Positions 27,271 to 41,671 of a stretch of 64,000 bases of DNA are shown here, piece by piece. Below the pieces are notes generated by a model, which was given only the letters and a program-made list of their open reading frames with translations, was not told the DNA's origin and ran no database searches. Location of the stretch: positions 95,728,001-95,792,000 of the forward strand of contig NC_091994.1 of the NCBI RefSeq assembly GCF_044704955.1, given 5' to 3'. Position 1 is the stretch's first letter. Each line of letters starts with the position of its first letter. The position numbers and the translations under genes are program-made. This DNA comes from Pristiophorus japonicus (taxonomy: Eukaryota).

Positions 27271-27466
27271 CGGTGGTGGAAAGCTTTGGGAACTTGATAG
27301 AGGCGGATACTCCCTCTGTGTTATGGAGGGAGGGCTGCATTGTCGGACTTGCCGTATTTCAGATGAGATTTTAAAACTGCTTGTGTCCTGGCCAACACTG
27401 GTGGTTGGGAAACAAGGGAGACATAGCGCAGAACAGAGCAACAAGTTTGATTCATTAGTTTCGGGG

Positions 27467-27616
27467 CAACGTTCCTGCTCATTTTTAAATTTTGGTGCGC
27501 GGTCCCTTTAAATTTGCTGTGCATGTGGGATATCTTTTTCAGGGGCTGCCGCTGGCGAGCAACCTGCGCGGGACCTCACAATTGGTGTGCGGCCACCCAC
27601 CTTAGGAGGAATATTG
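27467..27616. mobile_element. Possible hAT (Tip100-like) MITE
   Basis: Degenerate TIRs CAACGTTCC.. and ..GGAATATTG; 8-bp flanks TTTCGGGG/GTCAGGGG (5/8 match). Confidence 0.35.
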
Positions 27617-28730
27617 GTCAGGGGTATGAGTTATGAGCAAAGACTTGGGTTCTTCAGCCTGGAAAGGATGTGTCCGAGACGTCGCATGTAAGATAATCAA
27701 TAGTATGGAAAGAGTTCATCCGGAATTCTACTTTAAATTAAACTATGGGAGTTTGACAAGGGGACGGGTTTAAACTAGTAAACGGTAACTTCAGGATTGA
27801 TATCAGGAAGATTTTCATGCAGAAAGTGATCACCACTTGGAATGGACATCCAGATAAAATAGTCGGGGAAAAACCCTGGAATCATTTAACAAATAAGTGG
27901 CTGCAGTAATGGGGAAGGATGAGGTCAAATTTCCAGTGTGCGCAGAGTTATCTGGTCTCAGTTAGGAAGACAATAGGGATTCGATGTCCATTAGCTCAGA
28001 AGAGGAAAAAACAAAATCAAGCCTGAGTCAGGGTTAGGTTCTTGCTTATGATCATTATTCAGGGCGATTTGGACAGAAGATATTTGTAGACAGAAATATG
28101 GCATATGAAATATAACAGACATAGAAACAGAAGTAAGCTATTTAGTCCCTTGAACCTGTTCCACCATTAGATCATGGCTCATCTGTGATCTAACTCCATA
28201 TACCCGCCTTCGCTCCATATCCCTTAATACATTTGGTTAACAAAAATCTATCAATCTCAGATTTAAAATTAATCAACTGCCATTTGCAGAAGAGAGTTCC
28301 TAACTTCTAGCACCCTTTTTGTGTTTCCTAACTTCACTCCTGAAAGGTCAGGCTCTAATTTAATCCAAGACTCCCCAACCAGCGCAGAGAGTTTCTCGTT
28401 ATCTTCCCTGACCATTCCCCTTAATATCTTGAAACTCTGATTAAATCACCCTTAATCTTCTAAATTCAAGGGAATACAACCCTAGTTTGTGTAATCTCTC
28501 CCCATAATTTAACCTTTGGAGTCCAGGTATCATTCGACACTGCACTCCCTCCAAGGCCAATGTTTCCTTCCTAAGGTGTGGTGCCCAGATCTGGTCTAAC
28601 CAGGGTTTGTATAGGTGAGGCATGACTTCTATCCCCTTGTATTCTAATCCTCTAGATATAAAGGCCAGCATTCCATTAGCCTTTTTGATTATTTTCTGTA
28701 CCTATGCATGTCATTTTCATGATCAATATA

Positions 28731-29670
28731 CAGGGATTAAATGTAGTATCTCCAAATTTGCGGATGACACTAAGTTGGGTGGCAGTGTGAGTTGCGAGGA
28801 GGATGCTATGAGGCTGCAGAGTGACTTGGATAGGTTAGGTGAGTGGGCAAATGCATGGCAGATGAAGTATAATGTGGATAAATGTGAGGTTATCCACTTT
28901 GGTGGTAAAAACAGAGAGACAGACTATTATCTGAATGGTGACAGATTAGGAAAAGGGGAGGTGCAACGAGACCTGGGTGTCATGGTACATCAGTCATTGA
29001 AGGTTGGCATGCAGGTACAGCAGGCGGTTAAGAAAGCAAATGGCATGTTGGCCTTCATAACGAGGGGATTTGAGTACAGGGGCAGGGAGGTGTTACTACA
29101 GTTGTACAGGGCCTTGGTGAGGCCACACCTGGAGTATTGTGTACAGTTTTGGTCTCCTAACTTGAGGAAGGACATTCTTGTTATTGAGGGAGTGCAGCGA
29201 AGGTTCACCAGACTGATTCCCGGGATGGCGGGACTGACATATCAAGAAAGACTGGATCAACTGGGCTTGTATTCGCTGGAGTTCAGAAGAATGAGAAGGG
29301 TTCTCATAGAAACATTTAAAATTCTGATGGGTTCAGACAGGTTAGATGCAGGAAGAATGTTCCCAATGTTGGGGAAGTCCAGAACCAGGGGTCACAGTCT
29401 AAGGATAAGGGGTAAGCCATTTAGGACCGAGATGAGGAGAAACCTCTTCACCCAGAGTGGTGAACCTGTGGAATTCTCTACCACAGAAAGTTGTTGAGGC
29501 CAATTCACTAAATATATTCAAAAAGGAGTTAGATGTAGTCCTTACTAGTATCAAGGGGTATGGCGAGAAAGCAGGAATGGGGTACTGAAGTTGCATGTTC
29601 AGCCATGAACTCATTGAATGGTGGTGCAGGCTCGAAGGGCCTACTCCTGCACCTATTTTCTATGTTTCTA
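28731..29670 (+). mobile_element. Young CR1 LINE 3' fragment nested in an older minus-strand CR1 (28115-28730 and 29671-29810)
   Basis: ORF 28622-29497 with FADDTKLGG..RPHLEYCVQFW; ttctatgtttcta tail. Confidence 0.92.
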
Positions 29671-29809
29671 TCCCTAGGTCTCTTTGCACCTCCAGTGCTT
29701 TTAGCTTTTCACCATTTAGAAAGTACTCTGATCTATCCTTTTTAGATCCAAAGTGAATGACCTCATGCTTGCCTACATTAAAATCCATTTGCCACTGTTT
29801 TGCCCATTT

Positions 29810-30592
29810 TGATAGGAAAAATAGAAAAGCAGAGTATTTTTAAACGATGAGCGATTGGGAAATGTTGGTGTTCAGAGGGACCTGGGTGTCCTTGTACACG
29901 AATCACTGAAAGTTAACATGCAGGTACAGCAAGCAATTAAGAAAGCAAATGGTATGTTGGCCTTTATTATAAGAGGATTTGAGTACAAGAGTAAAGATCT
30001 CGTATTGAAATTATATAGGGCCCTGGTGAGACCACATCTGGAGTATTGTGTACAGTTTTGATCTCCTTACCTAAGGAAGGATACACTTGCCATAGAGGGA
30101 GTGCAATGAAGGTTCACCAGACTGATTTCTGGAATGGGGGGATGGTCCTACGAAGAGAGATTGAGTAGACTAGGCCTATATTCTTTAGAGTTTAGAAGAA
30201 TGAGAGGTAATCGCATTGAAACATACAAAATTCTTACAGGGGTAGACAGGGTAGATGCCAGGAGGATGTTTTCCCTGGCTGGGAAGTCTAGAACCAGGGG
30301 TCACAGTCTCAGAATAAGGGGTCGGTCATTTAGGACTGAGACGAGGAGAAATTTCTTCACAGAGGGTGGTGAATCTTTGGAATTCTCTACCTCAGAGGAC
30401 TGTGGATGCTCAGTATATATATATTGAGTATATTAGGACAGAGATCGATAGAATATTAAGGGAATCAAGGGATATGGGGATAGTGAGGGTAAGTGGAATT
30501 GAGGTAGAAGATCAACCATGATGATCTTATTGAATGGCGGAGCAGGATTGAGGAGTAATGGCCTACTCCTGCTCTTAATTCTTATATTCTTA
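29810..30592 (+). mobile_element. CR1 LINE 3' fragment
   Basis: QRDLGVLVH..RPHLEYCVQF; ttcttatattctta tail. Confidence 0.85.
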
Positions 30593-31169
30593 TAACCAAC
30601 ATCACCAAAAACAGTTGATCTGGTTATTTAACTCATTGTTGTTTGTGGGACTTTGCTGTGCGCAAATTAGCTGCCACTTTCCCCTATAACAGTGACTTTG
30701 TATTCAAAAAATACTTTGTTGGCTGTAAAGCACTTTGCGACGCCCTGAGGTTGTGAAAGGTGCTATATAATGGCACCTCTTTAAAAAAAATTAACTCAAG
30801 TCCAGCTGGAAAGTGTGTATGTGCGCGTATCTACATATATCACTCAAGATTCAAGCGTACAGAATAACCACTTGGGTGAGGTACCAAAGGCCAAGGGGCA
30901 CCAATGTAGCAGTACCCTGCCATAAAGGTGTTGCCACCTTCAAGGAGACAGAGAGCAGAAAAAAAGAGAAAATAAACTTTGGAGAGAGATCTGGCACCGC
31001 CTTATGACATGCCCTGGGGTCGAGCAGCAACCCTGGGTAGTGGAACAGCTGAAACAAAAGAGCATTTTATTTTTTTGCCTTTTTGGTATATAAATAATTG
31101 CTACATTTCAGCGCGGCTCAACCGAACTTGTCAGCCCGCCGTGACTGACCTATCACCAAGCCAGCCATC

Positions 31170-31260
31170 AGTCGGCGGGCCAATGGGAGGGCACAGGAGG
31201 GGGCGGGGCTCCGGCCGCCAGCAGGGTAGGTTGCAGCCGGCTTTGTGACGTCATAATGGG
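31170..31260. promoter_or_regulatory. Promoter/enhancer-like motif cluster in CHD5 intron 1
   Basis: CCAAT (31180-31184), GC box GGGGCGGGGC (~31200-31209) and perfect CRE TGACGTCA (31246-31253) within 75 bp of locally CpG-rich, non-repeat DNA. Confidence 0.5.
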
Positions 31261-32531
31261 CCTGCTTTGAATAAATTTGTTCATCAATGGAGAGAGCGGG
31301 GCAGCTGATGGGGCAAAACAGACCAGAGACCGTTCAGTGCAAACCCCAAACTCTCAGCCAGCCCAGAATAGTCAGTCGCAGAACTTTTCTCCTGTTTTTT
31401 TTAAAAAGAAAAAAACTCCTCCAGAAATGCAATGTCAGAATTAGTAACCAACCGTCTGACATTTAGCATTAAAACTTCCCCTCTTTCAAAAATATTTGCT
31501 ATCTATGTTTTTTTTAAATATAGAAATGAATGAAAAGTATTGAGTCTCCCTTTTTTTAATGTATCACACAGGTATTGTACAAGATACATGTCACAAAAAT
31601 TAAGACTGGTGCTGGGATCAATAATTTGCATCTTGAGCTATAAAAACACGGTACAGAATTGCAATGCTGTGTCCAGATCTTGCTTGTATCCAGTGCAAAA
31701 ATGTAGCAACTAGTCAACACAATGTTAATTTAAAATTATTGGGGGGGGGGGAAGCAAGATCACAGGTTAGAATACTACAAGAGTAATTCAAATGTCACTG
31801 GGTATGAATACTGTGTTTTCTGCATAGGTCCAGATAAGATCTGTCAACATGATCCATAATACAACAAATCAATCAAAACGGATTATGAAAATATAAATGC
31901 AGAATTCAAAAAATTAAAATATACACATATAATCATTTACAACATTTTCACGTATGTCAAGTACTGCTAGGAACAGATTTAGAAGGTTTTGGTTAATTTT
32001 CCCATTTTTTTTGTTGCTGTATAAACTGATTTGATTGCACTGCTTTAAACGGCCGTCTTCCCGTTAGGAAGCGTTTTAAAGGCCACGAATCTAAACATTA
32101 TTTTCTACAATTAATAAAAACAAACTTAAAAAAAAAATAGTAATGAATATGCATCAGCCCCTTTTCTTGCTCCAAACCCCGCGCCATCGGTAGCATCGAG
32201 CACAAAGTGCCGGCGGCGGCTGCGAGGGAGCGGAGAGCAGCCGGAAAAATAAACTTGCAAAATAAACCGAGGAGAAGCCCCCGAATCGCGGCTTCCCGCG
32301 GCCCGGCTCCCGCTCCTCCTCCTCACACACTTTCTGCAGGCACTCCGGGCTTGGCCAAGCCATGAAGTTGCCGGCATTCGCTGCTGGCCTTTAGATTCTT
32401 TTAAATAGAGATATACACAAATTCTTTTATATATATAAAAGGGAGTTGCTGCCTGGTTACTATTCTTATCTTTTTGCACCGACAACTTGAGCGTGAAAAT
32501 GATTATTAATGAGATCCTCATCAGCACCTAC

Positions 32532-32592
32532 CTGGGGCTCCCTCATCGTTTTCCATCCCGTCCTCCTCATTGCCAAAAGATGCCGGCATCAT
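32532..32592 (-). CDS. CHD5: CHD5 first coding exon
   Basis: ATG ATG CCG...GCC CCA G|gtaggt; MMPASFGNEEDGMENDEGAP, resembling CHD5 EEMENED; 61 nt ending in phase 1, which fits exon 2; lies in a TE-free region with CpG-rich sequence and promoter motifs. Confidence 0.72.
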
Positions 32593-32849
32593 TGAAATGT
32601 TAAATTATATATTTATATCTTTTAAAAAGGTGGTGGTGGTGGGGGGGCACAGAAAATTTACATTTAAAAAAAATCCTGGAAGGGAAGGATTTATATGTAT
32701 AAAAAGAGGCAGGAAATGCAAATAAGGAGGATTTTTTTTCTAAATGAATAAAAAGACGGGGGTGGGGGTGGGGGGTGGAAGCCCTTGTTGGATTTTTTAA
32801 AGAGGGCAGGAGTCGGATGGAGTGACTATATTGACAGATTTGTCAGGGT

Positions 32850-33005
32850 GAGGTGGAAAAATGGCCGCCACACACCAACAAAAAAATCTCCTCAGCCCCC
32901 CGCCTGAAAATAATCCAAAAAAAGAGACAGAAAGAGGGGAGAGAAAAATTGGAACGCACATGCCCAGTTGTGACGTCTCGTCTGGTTGCCCCGGTAACCA
33001 TGCAT
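32850..33005 (-). promoter_or_regulatory. CHD5 promoter / 5'UTR motifs
   Basis: YY1-like AAAATGGCCGCC (~32858-32869), CRE-like TGACGTC (32971-32977) and a near-palindromic RFX X-box GGTTGCCCCGGTAACC (32984-32999), upstream of exon 1. Confidence 0.55.
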
Positions 33006-36000
33006 CCCATAATTATCCCTAACCTGCTAGTTATGGTAGTGGTTAACCAGGTTTTGGTGCTGGTGGAGTCTGCTGTTTGGGATGGGGGAAGGGGGGAAGG
33101 GGGGAAGTTTTAGTGCCACTCTCCATTACTGATCACTTTGAACTTTTTATTCTTAAACACACATTTTTATTTAAATATACAAAAGGTTTTTAAAAAAATG
33201 TACAGTGTACACTTGTGCTGCAAATAATTTTTAAAATGCACCCTATGCTTCACAACTGAACTCTGATCTCGCTGCATAACTATTTTGCCAAGATATTCAG
33301 CAGGCCAGTGAGGGATTCTTAGAGAAATTAATGAGAGGCAGGAGTCACAAGGCAATACAAGCTTCTCCAGGGGGTCATATTGTCAGCCAAAACCCCCTCA
33401 ATGAGATTATTTTCACCGCATTATATCCTCCATACTCATCATTTCCAAAATATATACAAACAGCATAATTTATAACCATAACATTGGCACCTGACCTGTT
33501 GCAGTGCGAAAGGCGTTTTTGATTCTACCTTACTGGCTTGTTTGACTAGAATGCTCCATACTGTTGACACATTGTAGGCAAGATTACCAAAATTTAATCT
33601 GCAGTGTATTACTGGAAAATAGCATTGCTGGATATGCAGAACAATATTACGGTACAAGGCCATTATACCCAAAAATCTAACTTCAAACATTTTCACCATA
33701 TCCCTCAATCCCTTTACTCTCTAGAAAATCATCTAATTACCTTTTGAACGCACTTTATACTGCCTGCTTTGCGGGCTTTCTTTGTAACCTATTCCACAAC
33801 TCTTTTTACCTGTTGCATGTAAATGTTCTGACTGACTTCCCTTCTTACTCTGATCTTGCTCAGCTTTAGCTTGCGCCTTCTGATAGTTAAACCATGCACC
33901 ACAGTGTAATTTCTTTTCATAGATCAAATGAGGTCAAAACCAGAGTAAAGAGGAACAGTGCACTAAAGCAGCAGGCTGTTTTTCCACACTCAAATTCCCA
34001 CAACATACAATGTAAATAAAAAGGAAAAACTGTGGAAAGGTTTTTTGGTTTCTTGCCTTAAAGGTTTATAAAAGCAGTCATTTCATCCAATTATGCAGCT
34101 CTGAACATTGGCAGATGTGAGGCTAGGATGTAATCAGCAGAAATGTTTAAATCTCACACCAGATACGACAACTTAAGACAGGTCTTAAATCAGTGTGACA
34201 TACAGCAGTACGGTAGATTACAACTTCACAAACCCCTCGTCATCTATAGTCAGGTACACAGGGTGCAATAGAAAGAGAAAAGTCAGTCAGCATCTGAGAG
34301 AGATTTGCTTTTTATGATTTTGTTTTCTATTTGTCATGTCCCACTAAAAAAAGGGGGCCCTTTTTTTAGGTTTTTTTGTTTGATGACACTAAAGTAACCC
34401 AGTGTCTCCTTATGGATTTTATAAGACACTTGAAAGAGAAAGGTTAATATTTGGGTTTTAACCCACCGAAACGTGACTTGATTTTTTTGTTGTTGCAATT
34501 ATTCTTTGGTTACAACACATACCTTGCTACAGTGTGCATGGTACATTGTGGGAGCAAGGTTTATTGAGTGACTGGGGTGCTGTACGACCCCATGACTGGT
34601 CCCAGGCGGTGTCAGTGGTGTGTGTGTACACTGTGGTGCTCACCCATTGTCAGTGCCCTGTGGGCTTTGGCCATCAACAGTTCTTTTGACGGTTTCTGTG
34701 TTTGGCAGGTGGTGCCTGTTCCAGGTACTTGGCATGCAACTTATGTGCCAGCCAGCTCCTGGCAGCAGGCCAAGAACTGGGACCATACTCTGTGAAGAGT
34801 TTTGCCTCACCCAGCCTTAGGGAAAATATGCTTCTCTCAAACTGGGCTATCGCCCATAGTGTTTCAATCTACATTGACCGTTGGATGTTCCTGCTGCTGT
34901 CACCTTACTGGAATGCACCAATGGGTTGCAAATCAGAGGAAACACAACAGTTTAGCATGCAGGAAAAGTGGGAGATCTTTTTGGGAAAGCTCAGTTGTTA
35001 GTAATTTACAAATAAAATTTGGGTTTCTATCACAATGTAGAACGTGTAAAATGCAAGTTGTTGCTTGCATTTAATTGCCTTGCTCAAAAGCTCAGTTGGA
35101 TTGCACAGAACCACACAGATCAGCATGGTCCCCAGGTATGATCTCTGGTGAGATAGCTAACCTGAGCCAGGGAGGTTGCAGGAGCACAAGAGCCTCACTC
35201 AGCACATCTAGATTAAGATGGTCAACAATTTTTTTTTTAAATCACCCAGAGTGCTGCTCCTGACAGCTATTAGTGAGCCCTGTGCATGCAACGTGTGTAT
35301 TAAAATCAGCTGAAGACAGCACTTATTCCCTCAATCCACTTCCACAACAGTTAAATAGCCCGCTAGCACACAGCATCAGGCTCACACATAAATGGCAATT
35401 TCAGCAAGGCATCAGCCCCCACACAACTGTAGTCCAGCATACACCCAAGGGTTAATCCCTAGTCGATGCCAAATTAGCTAACCTCAGTCAGAAAGGCCAG
35501 CCAAAATTCAAGTGTACTTTTGCCTGCAAAATGCAGGCCACTTGGGCAAAGTATTAAAACTATCACCCAATATTGACCTTTGAGTCAGGGAAAAATGAAT
35601 TGGGAGGATTGTTGAAAACAGCAGAGAATGCACAAAAGCGTGCTGAGAAAATCTTCATCTATTTAAGTAGCATCACTTTGAAATGCATGTTATTTGCGAG
35701 CTTGGCTGATAAGATTTATTTGGAGTTGTGTGTAGATGTCCTCACTGGAGCTCACTGCAGAGATACCATATGGTCCCTTTTCACACAATGCATGTGCAGA
35801 TAGAAGCAAAATCCCCAAGACCCCAAACCTGCAAGGCCAGAGAGTACCCGTAATTACCAGTGTGGGCACTCAAGGGGAAAAGCTTTTCCTACAGTCCCAG
35901 GAATTTCCCCAAGCAGTTGGAAGTTCTACAAAATTGATAACGTGGAGCCAAGGCAAATGATTTGTGCTGAGTTATAATAGAAATTTAAGGCCACTTTCTC

Positions 36001-38264
36001 TCCCCTCCTTGAGGGTCCTCACATCCAAGTAGAGAGCTTAATGCCCTGAAGCAAGAGGGAGCATATGTTAAGCAATGATGCATTTCCCAAGCTTTTATTT
36101 CCCCTCACCCACTTCCTTGTTTCCACCAATTTTCTCTCCTTACCTTAAGATGTTGAAACGTTGCTAGAGTAAATTCCTGCAAGCATCTTCCAAGTGGCCA
36201 TTCTTTTAAAGCCTGCAGTGAGGGTCAGCTTGCCATGTGACTATGGGAGTTATTGCTAGTTCTGGTACGCACCCGACATCCATTTTCCAGCGGCGGTCTC
36301 TGCAGTGTTCAGGAGCAGGAATCCCCTGCTGACCCTACTTTCCCTAATTCAGGGGGCATCGGAGCCAATTGATTCGCCCTCTCCTGCCACAGCTGACGCA
36401 GCACAGACTAGGGGTTAAAACCCACGTCCTTTTTGGTGCCTACAGCACAGCTCCTCGCTGGTTAAACCAGCTGAGCCTTCTGTGAAGCTACACTGCCCAC
36501 ATCTCTAATAACTTCAGAACTCGCACCAGCAATTTGAAGCAAAAAACTGAGTATCAAAATGAAAATCGACCGCAGCATTGAAAAACATATATAGGCATCT
36601 TGAACTGGAAGAGAATAGTCATTAAAAGAGAAACTAGCCCTAAAACCTCAAGACAAAATTTCACAATCGCAGCAATCTTGGGTCGTAACAGCAGGAATTG
36701 ATGCCTGGGTTGTTACATCAATGACCGGTGGAAGCAGTCAATCAATGCCAACCTCACAAACTAAAGCCTGCCGACTGACCAGGGGAAATTTTAAACCTTG
36801 ATTAGTTCAAAGTACACCAAGGAAGCAGAACCAAATGCTGCAAATTGAATTTAGTAAAAAGTTACCGTAGAATAATTCGGCCCATCGTGCTTGAGCCAGC
36901 TCTTTGAAAGAGCTGTCCAATTAGTCCCACTCCCCTGCTCTTTCCCCATAGCTCTGCAAATATTTCCTTTTTAACTCTATATCTAATTCTTTTAGATCAC
37001 AAAAAACCCACGAGTGATAAATGTTCAGAATTCTCTACCAAGCAAGCTAGCTACAGCAAAAATGACAGGGTTACTGAAAATGCAATTGGATGCTTAGTGA
37101 GTTAATATGCAGCAGGAATTATCTCAAATTCTACTCAACACAATTGTAGTCCAGTTTGGGAAATCAATTAAAAATGAATTTCAGCAATTAAATTTACAGT
37201 GCATCCTCTCACTGTCCAAAAATTTCATTACACCATGCTACTCTACCTAGGAGGCTGTGACAGTATGAATGGAAGTACTCTCTCTCCCTTTTCTCATATT
37301 GCTATTTCCCATCCAATTTCTCGTGAGAAGTCACTTGAAAGGAATCAGACACAAGCAGGGGAGGGAAGAAAGACGGGACAAGATATGGGACCAAACCAAC
37401 CGAAGTTCAGGTACTTTCACCCCGATGAGTGCAAATTCCTACATGCTGTTATCATGCCAGCAAGCCAAATGGCCAATTCTGTGTCGTAAATTTTCTTTCT
37501 ATGATTAGTAAACCTGTCCATTGAGGAAATACTGCATGGATCAAATTAATAAATGCAATATAAAATACATGAATGATCCTGGATACATCACGAGAATGAT
37601 GACCTGACAAAGGGCAGCGAGGAAATCTCTTCAGATTTGAACCTACATTTAGTGTAATCAATGACTCATCTGGTTAAGGCCCCGGCTTTCATCCTCAGTC
37701 TGTGGAGACTTATCTCAAAATCCATGGGCTAGGAACATGAAAGATCAGCCAGGATTCCTGCTCCTGATCGTTAGCCAGTGACTCCTGCATGTGGACTTCA
37801 GGCTCGGGCACAAAGGGTCAAATAGCCTTCCAAACCTCATCATCTACATTCAACAACTTGCATTCATACAGCACCGTTAACGTAGTAAAACGTCCCAAGG
37901 CGCTTCATAGGAATGTAATCAGACAAAATTTGACACTGAGCCACATAACGAGATATTAGGACAGGTGACCAAAAGCTTGGTCAATGAGGTAGGTTTTAAG
38001 GAGCGTCTTAAAGGAGTAGTAGACGTTTAGGGAGGGAATTCCAGAGCTTTGGGCCTACACTGCCAATGGTGGGGTGAAGGGACCCGGGGATGCACAAAAG
38101 ACATGATTGGAGGAACAAAGGGTTGCAGGACTGGAATACGTTACGATAGTTTTGTGTGTGTGTGTGTGGGGAGGGGGGGGGGGGATGTCATGGAGGGATT
38201 TAAACACAGATGAAAATTTTACATTTTAATCATTCAAACATGATGAATTGCCAACAGAACAGAA

Positions 38265-39090
38265 CATGGCAGATGAAGTATAATGTGGATAAATGTGAGG
38301 TTATCCACTTTGGTGGTAAAAACAGAGACAGACTATTATCTGAATGGTGACAGATTAGGAAAAGGGGAGGTGCAACGAGACCTGGGTGTCTTGGTACATC
38401 AGTCACTGAAGGTTGACATACAGCAAGCGGTTAAGAAAGTAAATGGCATGTTGGCCTTCATAGCGAGGGGATTTGAGTACAGGGGCAGGGAGGTGTTACT
38501 ACAGTTGTACAGGGCCTTGGTGAGGCCACACCTGGAGTATTGTGTACAGTTTTGGTCTCCTAACTTGAGGAAGGACAGTCTTGCTATTGAGGGAGTGCAG
38601 CAAAGGTTCACCAGACTGATTCCCGGGATGGCGGGACTGACATATCAAGAAAGACTGGATCAACTGGGCTTGTATTCACTGGAGTTCAGAAGAATGAGAG
38701 AGGATCTCATAGAAACGTTTACAATTCTGATGGGTTTAGACAGGTTAGATGCAGGAAGAATGTTCCCAATGTTGGGGGAAGTCCAGAACCAGGGGTCAGT
38801 CTAAGGAGAAGGGGTAAGCCATTTAGGACCGAGATGAGGAGAAACTTCTTCACCCAGAGAGTGGTGAACCTGTGGAATTCTCTACCACAGAAAGTTGTTG
38901 AGGCCAATTCACTAAATATATTCAAAAAAGGAGTTAGATGTAGTCCTTACTACTAGGGGGATCAAGGGGTATGGCGAGAAAGCAGGAATGGGGTTCTGAA
39001 GTTGCACGTTCAGCCATGAACTCGTTGAATGGCAGTGCAGGCTCGAAGGGCCGAATGGCCTACTCCTGCACCTATTTTCTACATTTCTAG
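38265..39090 (+). mobile_element. Young CR1 LINE 3' fragment
   Basis: Same family as 28731-29670; ends ~180 bp from the RPL22 poly(A) signal. Confidence 0.92.
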
Positions 39091-39271
39091 ACCATAGCTT
39101 AACTGGTACCAGTGGAATTTCATGAGTCAGCATCTACAGAAGCAATGCGGAAATGCAAATTGCATTACATTTACGAGACCTTATGTTCACAGTAATACAG
39201 CAAAGCTAGATACATTATTGCACAATTCTTCTGTACAAATAAAAACATAACCCAGAGTTGCGTGTTTTTCC

Positions 39272-39277
39272 TTTATT
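39272..39277 (-). terminator. RPL22 polyadenylation signal AATAAA
   Basis: tttatt on the plus strand, 38 nt past the stop codon. Confidence 0.75.
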
Positions 39278-39315
39278 GAAGATATTTTGTACAAAAGTCC
39301 AGACCAGCCTTATGC

Positions 39316-39495
<180 letters not shown>

Positions 39496-40389
39496 TCAGG
39501 GTTTACCAAAGGGTTAGGCCTCCTTACACCGTCTCTTACTGCCATTCGTTGTCCCCTGATCTCAGAACTATGGAACGCATCTCCCTTAGCCGAAAGGCTT
39601 TTACAATCCAAACCTGGCAAAACCCGGACTCTTCCCTTTCACTCTTTTCAAGTTTTGGCTGTCCCACACCGAGCCTTGACTCTTCAAGTCTGGCAATAAT
39701 AAAGAACCAGGCCAAACCTGACACGCGCAAACAACCACCAGCAAGTTTGGAGCAGGTTATTACCATGAGACGCAAAGGAGCCATTATATTCACATAGCAA
39801 GATTTCTCGAGCGCGAGCCCCTCTCATCCAACCTAGGCTCAGATTCTCGACATATTCATGCCAAGGAACACAGTTTAGAGGTCAAGGTTCAAGGTTTATC
39901 TTGGCCAATTTAATTTCATTATATTAAATACAATACCACTGTACAATCGCAACGAGATAAACTGTACAAACCTGTTCGCCACGATTACAGAATCATAGAA
40001 TATGACGGGGGGGGGGGGGGGGGGGGAGAAAGGAGAAATTGGATGCTGCTTTGCCATGGATAGTAGTTGGAACACAGACCAATTGAATGCAGTTGAAGAC
40101 AACTCCTAAATACTTGCACCCCCACCGCCCCCCCGGCCCACCCTCCTGTGTGCATAGCCAAAACAAACCCAACGCACCCTCTCGCAAGCACAAGCAAAGT
40201 GTACACAGCACCATAAAAATGCACATTCCAATGTAAACACCGGAAAACTTTTAAAATCGGATGAATAAAATTGAACTATTGTTGAAACTATCCAACATCA
40301 GCAAGCACCCACAAAAATAATTCGGCAAACAGCAAGTATTGCAGAGTACTTACACACACACACACACACACACACAAACAGGCCAGGCA

Positions 40390-41410
40390 ACCCAACAGGG
40401 CCGTGCCGGTGTTTATGCTCCACACCAGCCGCCTCCCACCCTTCTTCATCTCACCCCATCACCATATCCTTCTATTCCTTTCTCCCTCATGTACTTATCC
40501 AGCTTCCCCTTAAAATGCATCAATTCTATTCACCTCAACTACTCCCTGTGGTAGTGAGTTCCACATTCTTACCAGTCCCTGGGTTAAAAAGTTTCTACTG
40601 AATCCCCTATTGGATTTCTTTGTGACTTTCTTATATTTATGGCACGTAGTTCTAATCAGGCCCGTAAGTGGAAATATCTTCCCTATGTCTACCCTATCAA
40701 ACCCTTTCATAATCTTGAAGAACTATCAGGATACCCCTCTGCCTTCTCTCTTCTAGAGAAAGGAGTTCCAGCCTGTTCAATTTTTCCTGATGGGTATAAC
40801 CTCTCAGTTCTGGTATCATCCTAATAAATCTTTTTTTTATTTGCACCTTCTCCAGAGCCTCTATATCCTTTTTATAAAATGGAGACCAGAACAGTTCACA
40901 GTAATCCAAGTGTGGTCTAACTAGGGTTCTATACAAATTTAACAAACTTCTCTGCTTTTCAATTTGATCCCTCTAGAAATGAACCCCAGTGCTTTGTTTA
41001 CTTCTTTATGGCCTTATTAACCTGTGTCGCTACTCTTAATGATCTGTGTACCTGAACCCTAAGATCCCTGTTCCTCTACCCCATTTAGACACTTATTTTC
41101 CAAGGAGTATGTGACCTCCTCATTCTTCTTACCAAAATGCACTATCTCGCACTTATCCATATTGAAGTTGGTTTGACAATTACACATCCATTCTCTGTTT
41201 ATCAATGTTTTCCTGTATTTGTCGCAGTCCTCCTCTGTATTAATGACACCCTCTATTTGGTGTCTTATGCAAATTTTGAAATTGTGCATCCAATTCCAGA
41301 GTTCAAATAGTTTATGTAAACAGTGAACAACAGTGTTCCCAGCACCGATCCTAGTGGAACGCCACATCCCACCTTTTGCCAGTCCGAGTAACTACTTTTA
41401 ACCCCTACCC
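40390..41410 (-). mobile_element. Older CR1 fragment in RPL22 intron 3
   Basis: RPHLDYC.LFWSP, MKGFDRVD and RMWNSLP motifs. Confidence 0.8.
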
Positions 41411-41530
41411 TTTGATCTGATTAGTTTACGGATAGTACCCAAACTATTTGATATATTAGAAAGAGAAGGAATTCGCAAAGAATTCTATTCCTGTAACATA
41501 CCGCAGACTCATCTCCTGCTTTCTGACTCA

Positions 41531-41671
<141 letters not shown>

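Noticed and set aside
32520-32541. REST/NRSE site (TCAGCACC) at the CHD5 exon 1 donor
   Set aside because: Only the left half-site; the GGACAG half is absent.
34344-34369. Perfect 12-bp palindrome CTAAAAAAAGGG-GG-CCCTTTTTTTAG (similar inverted repeat at ~19490-19540)
   Set aside because: Homopolymer-driven and probably a LINE 3'UTR remnant; no independent support for function.
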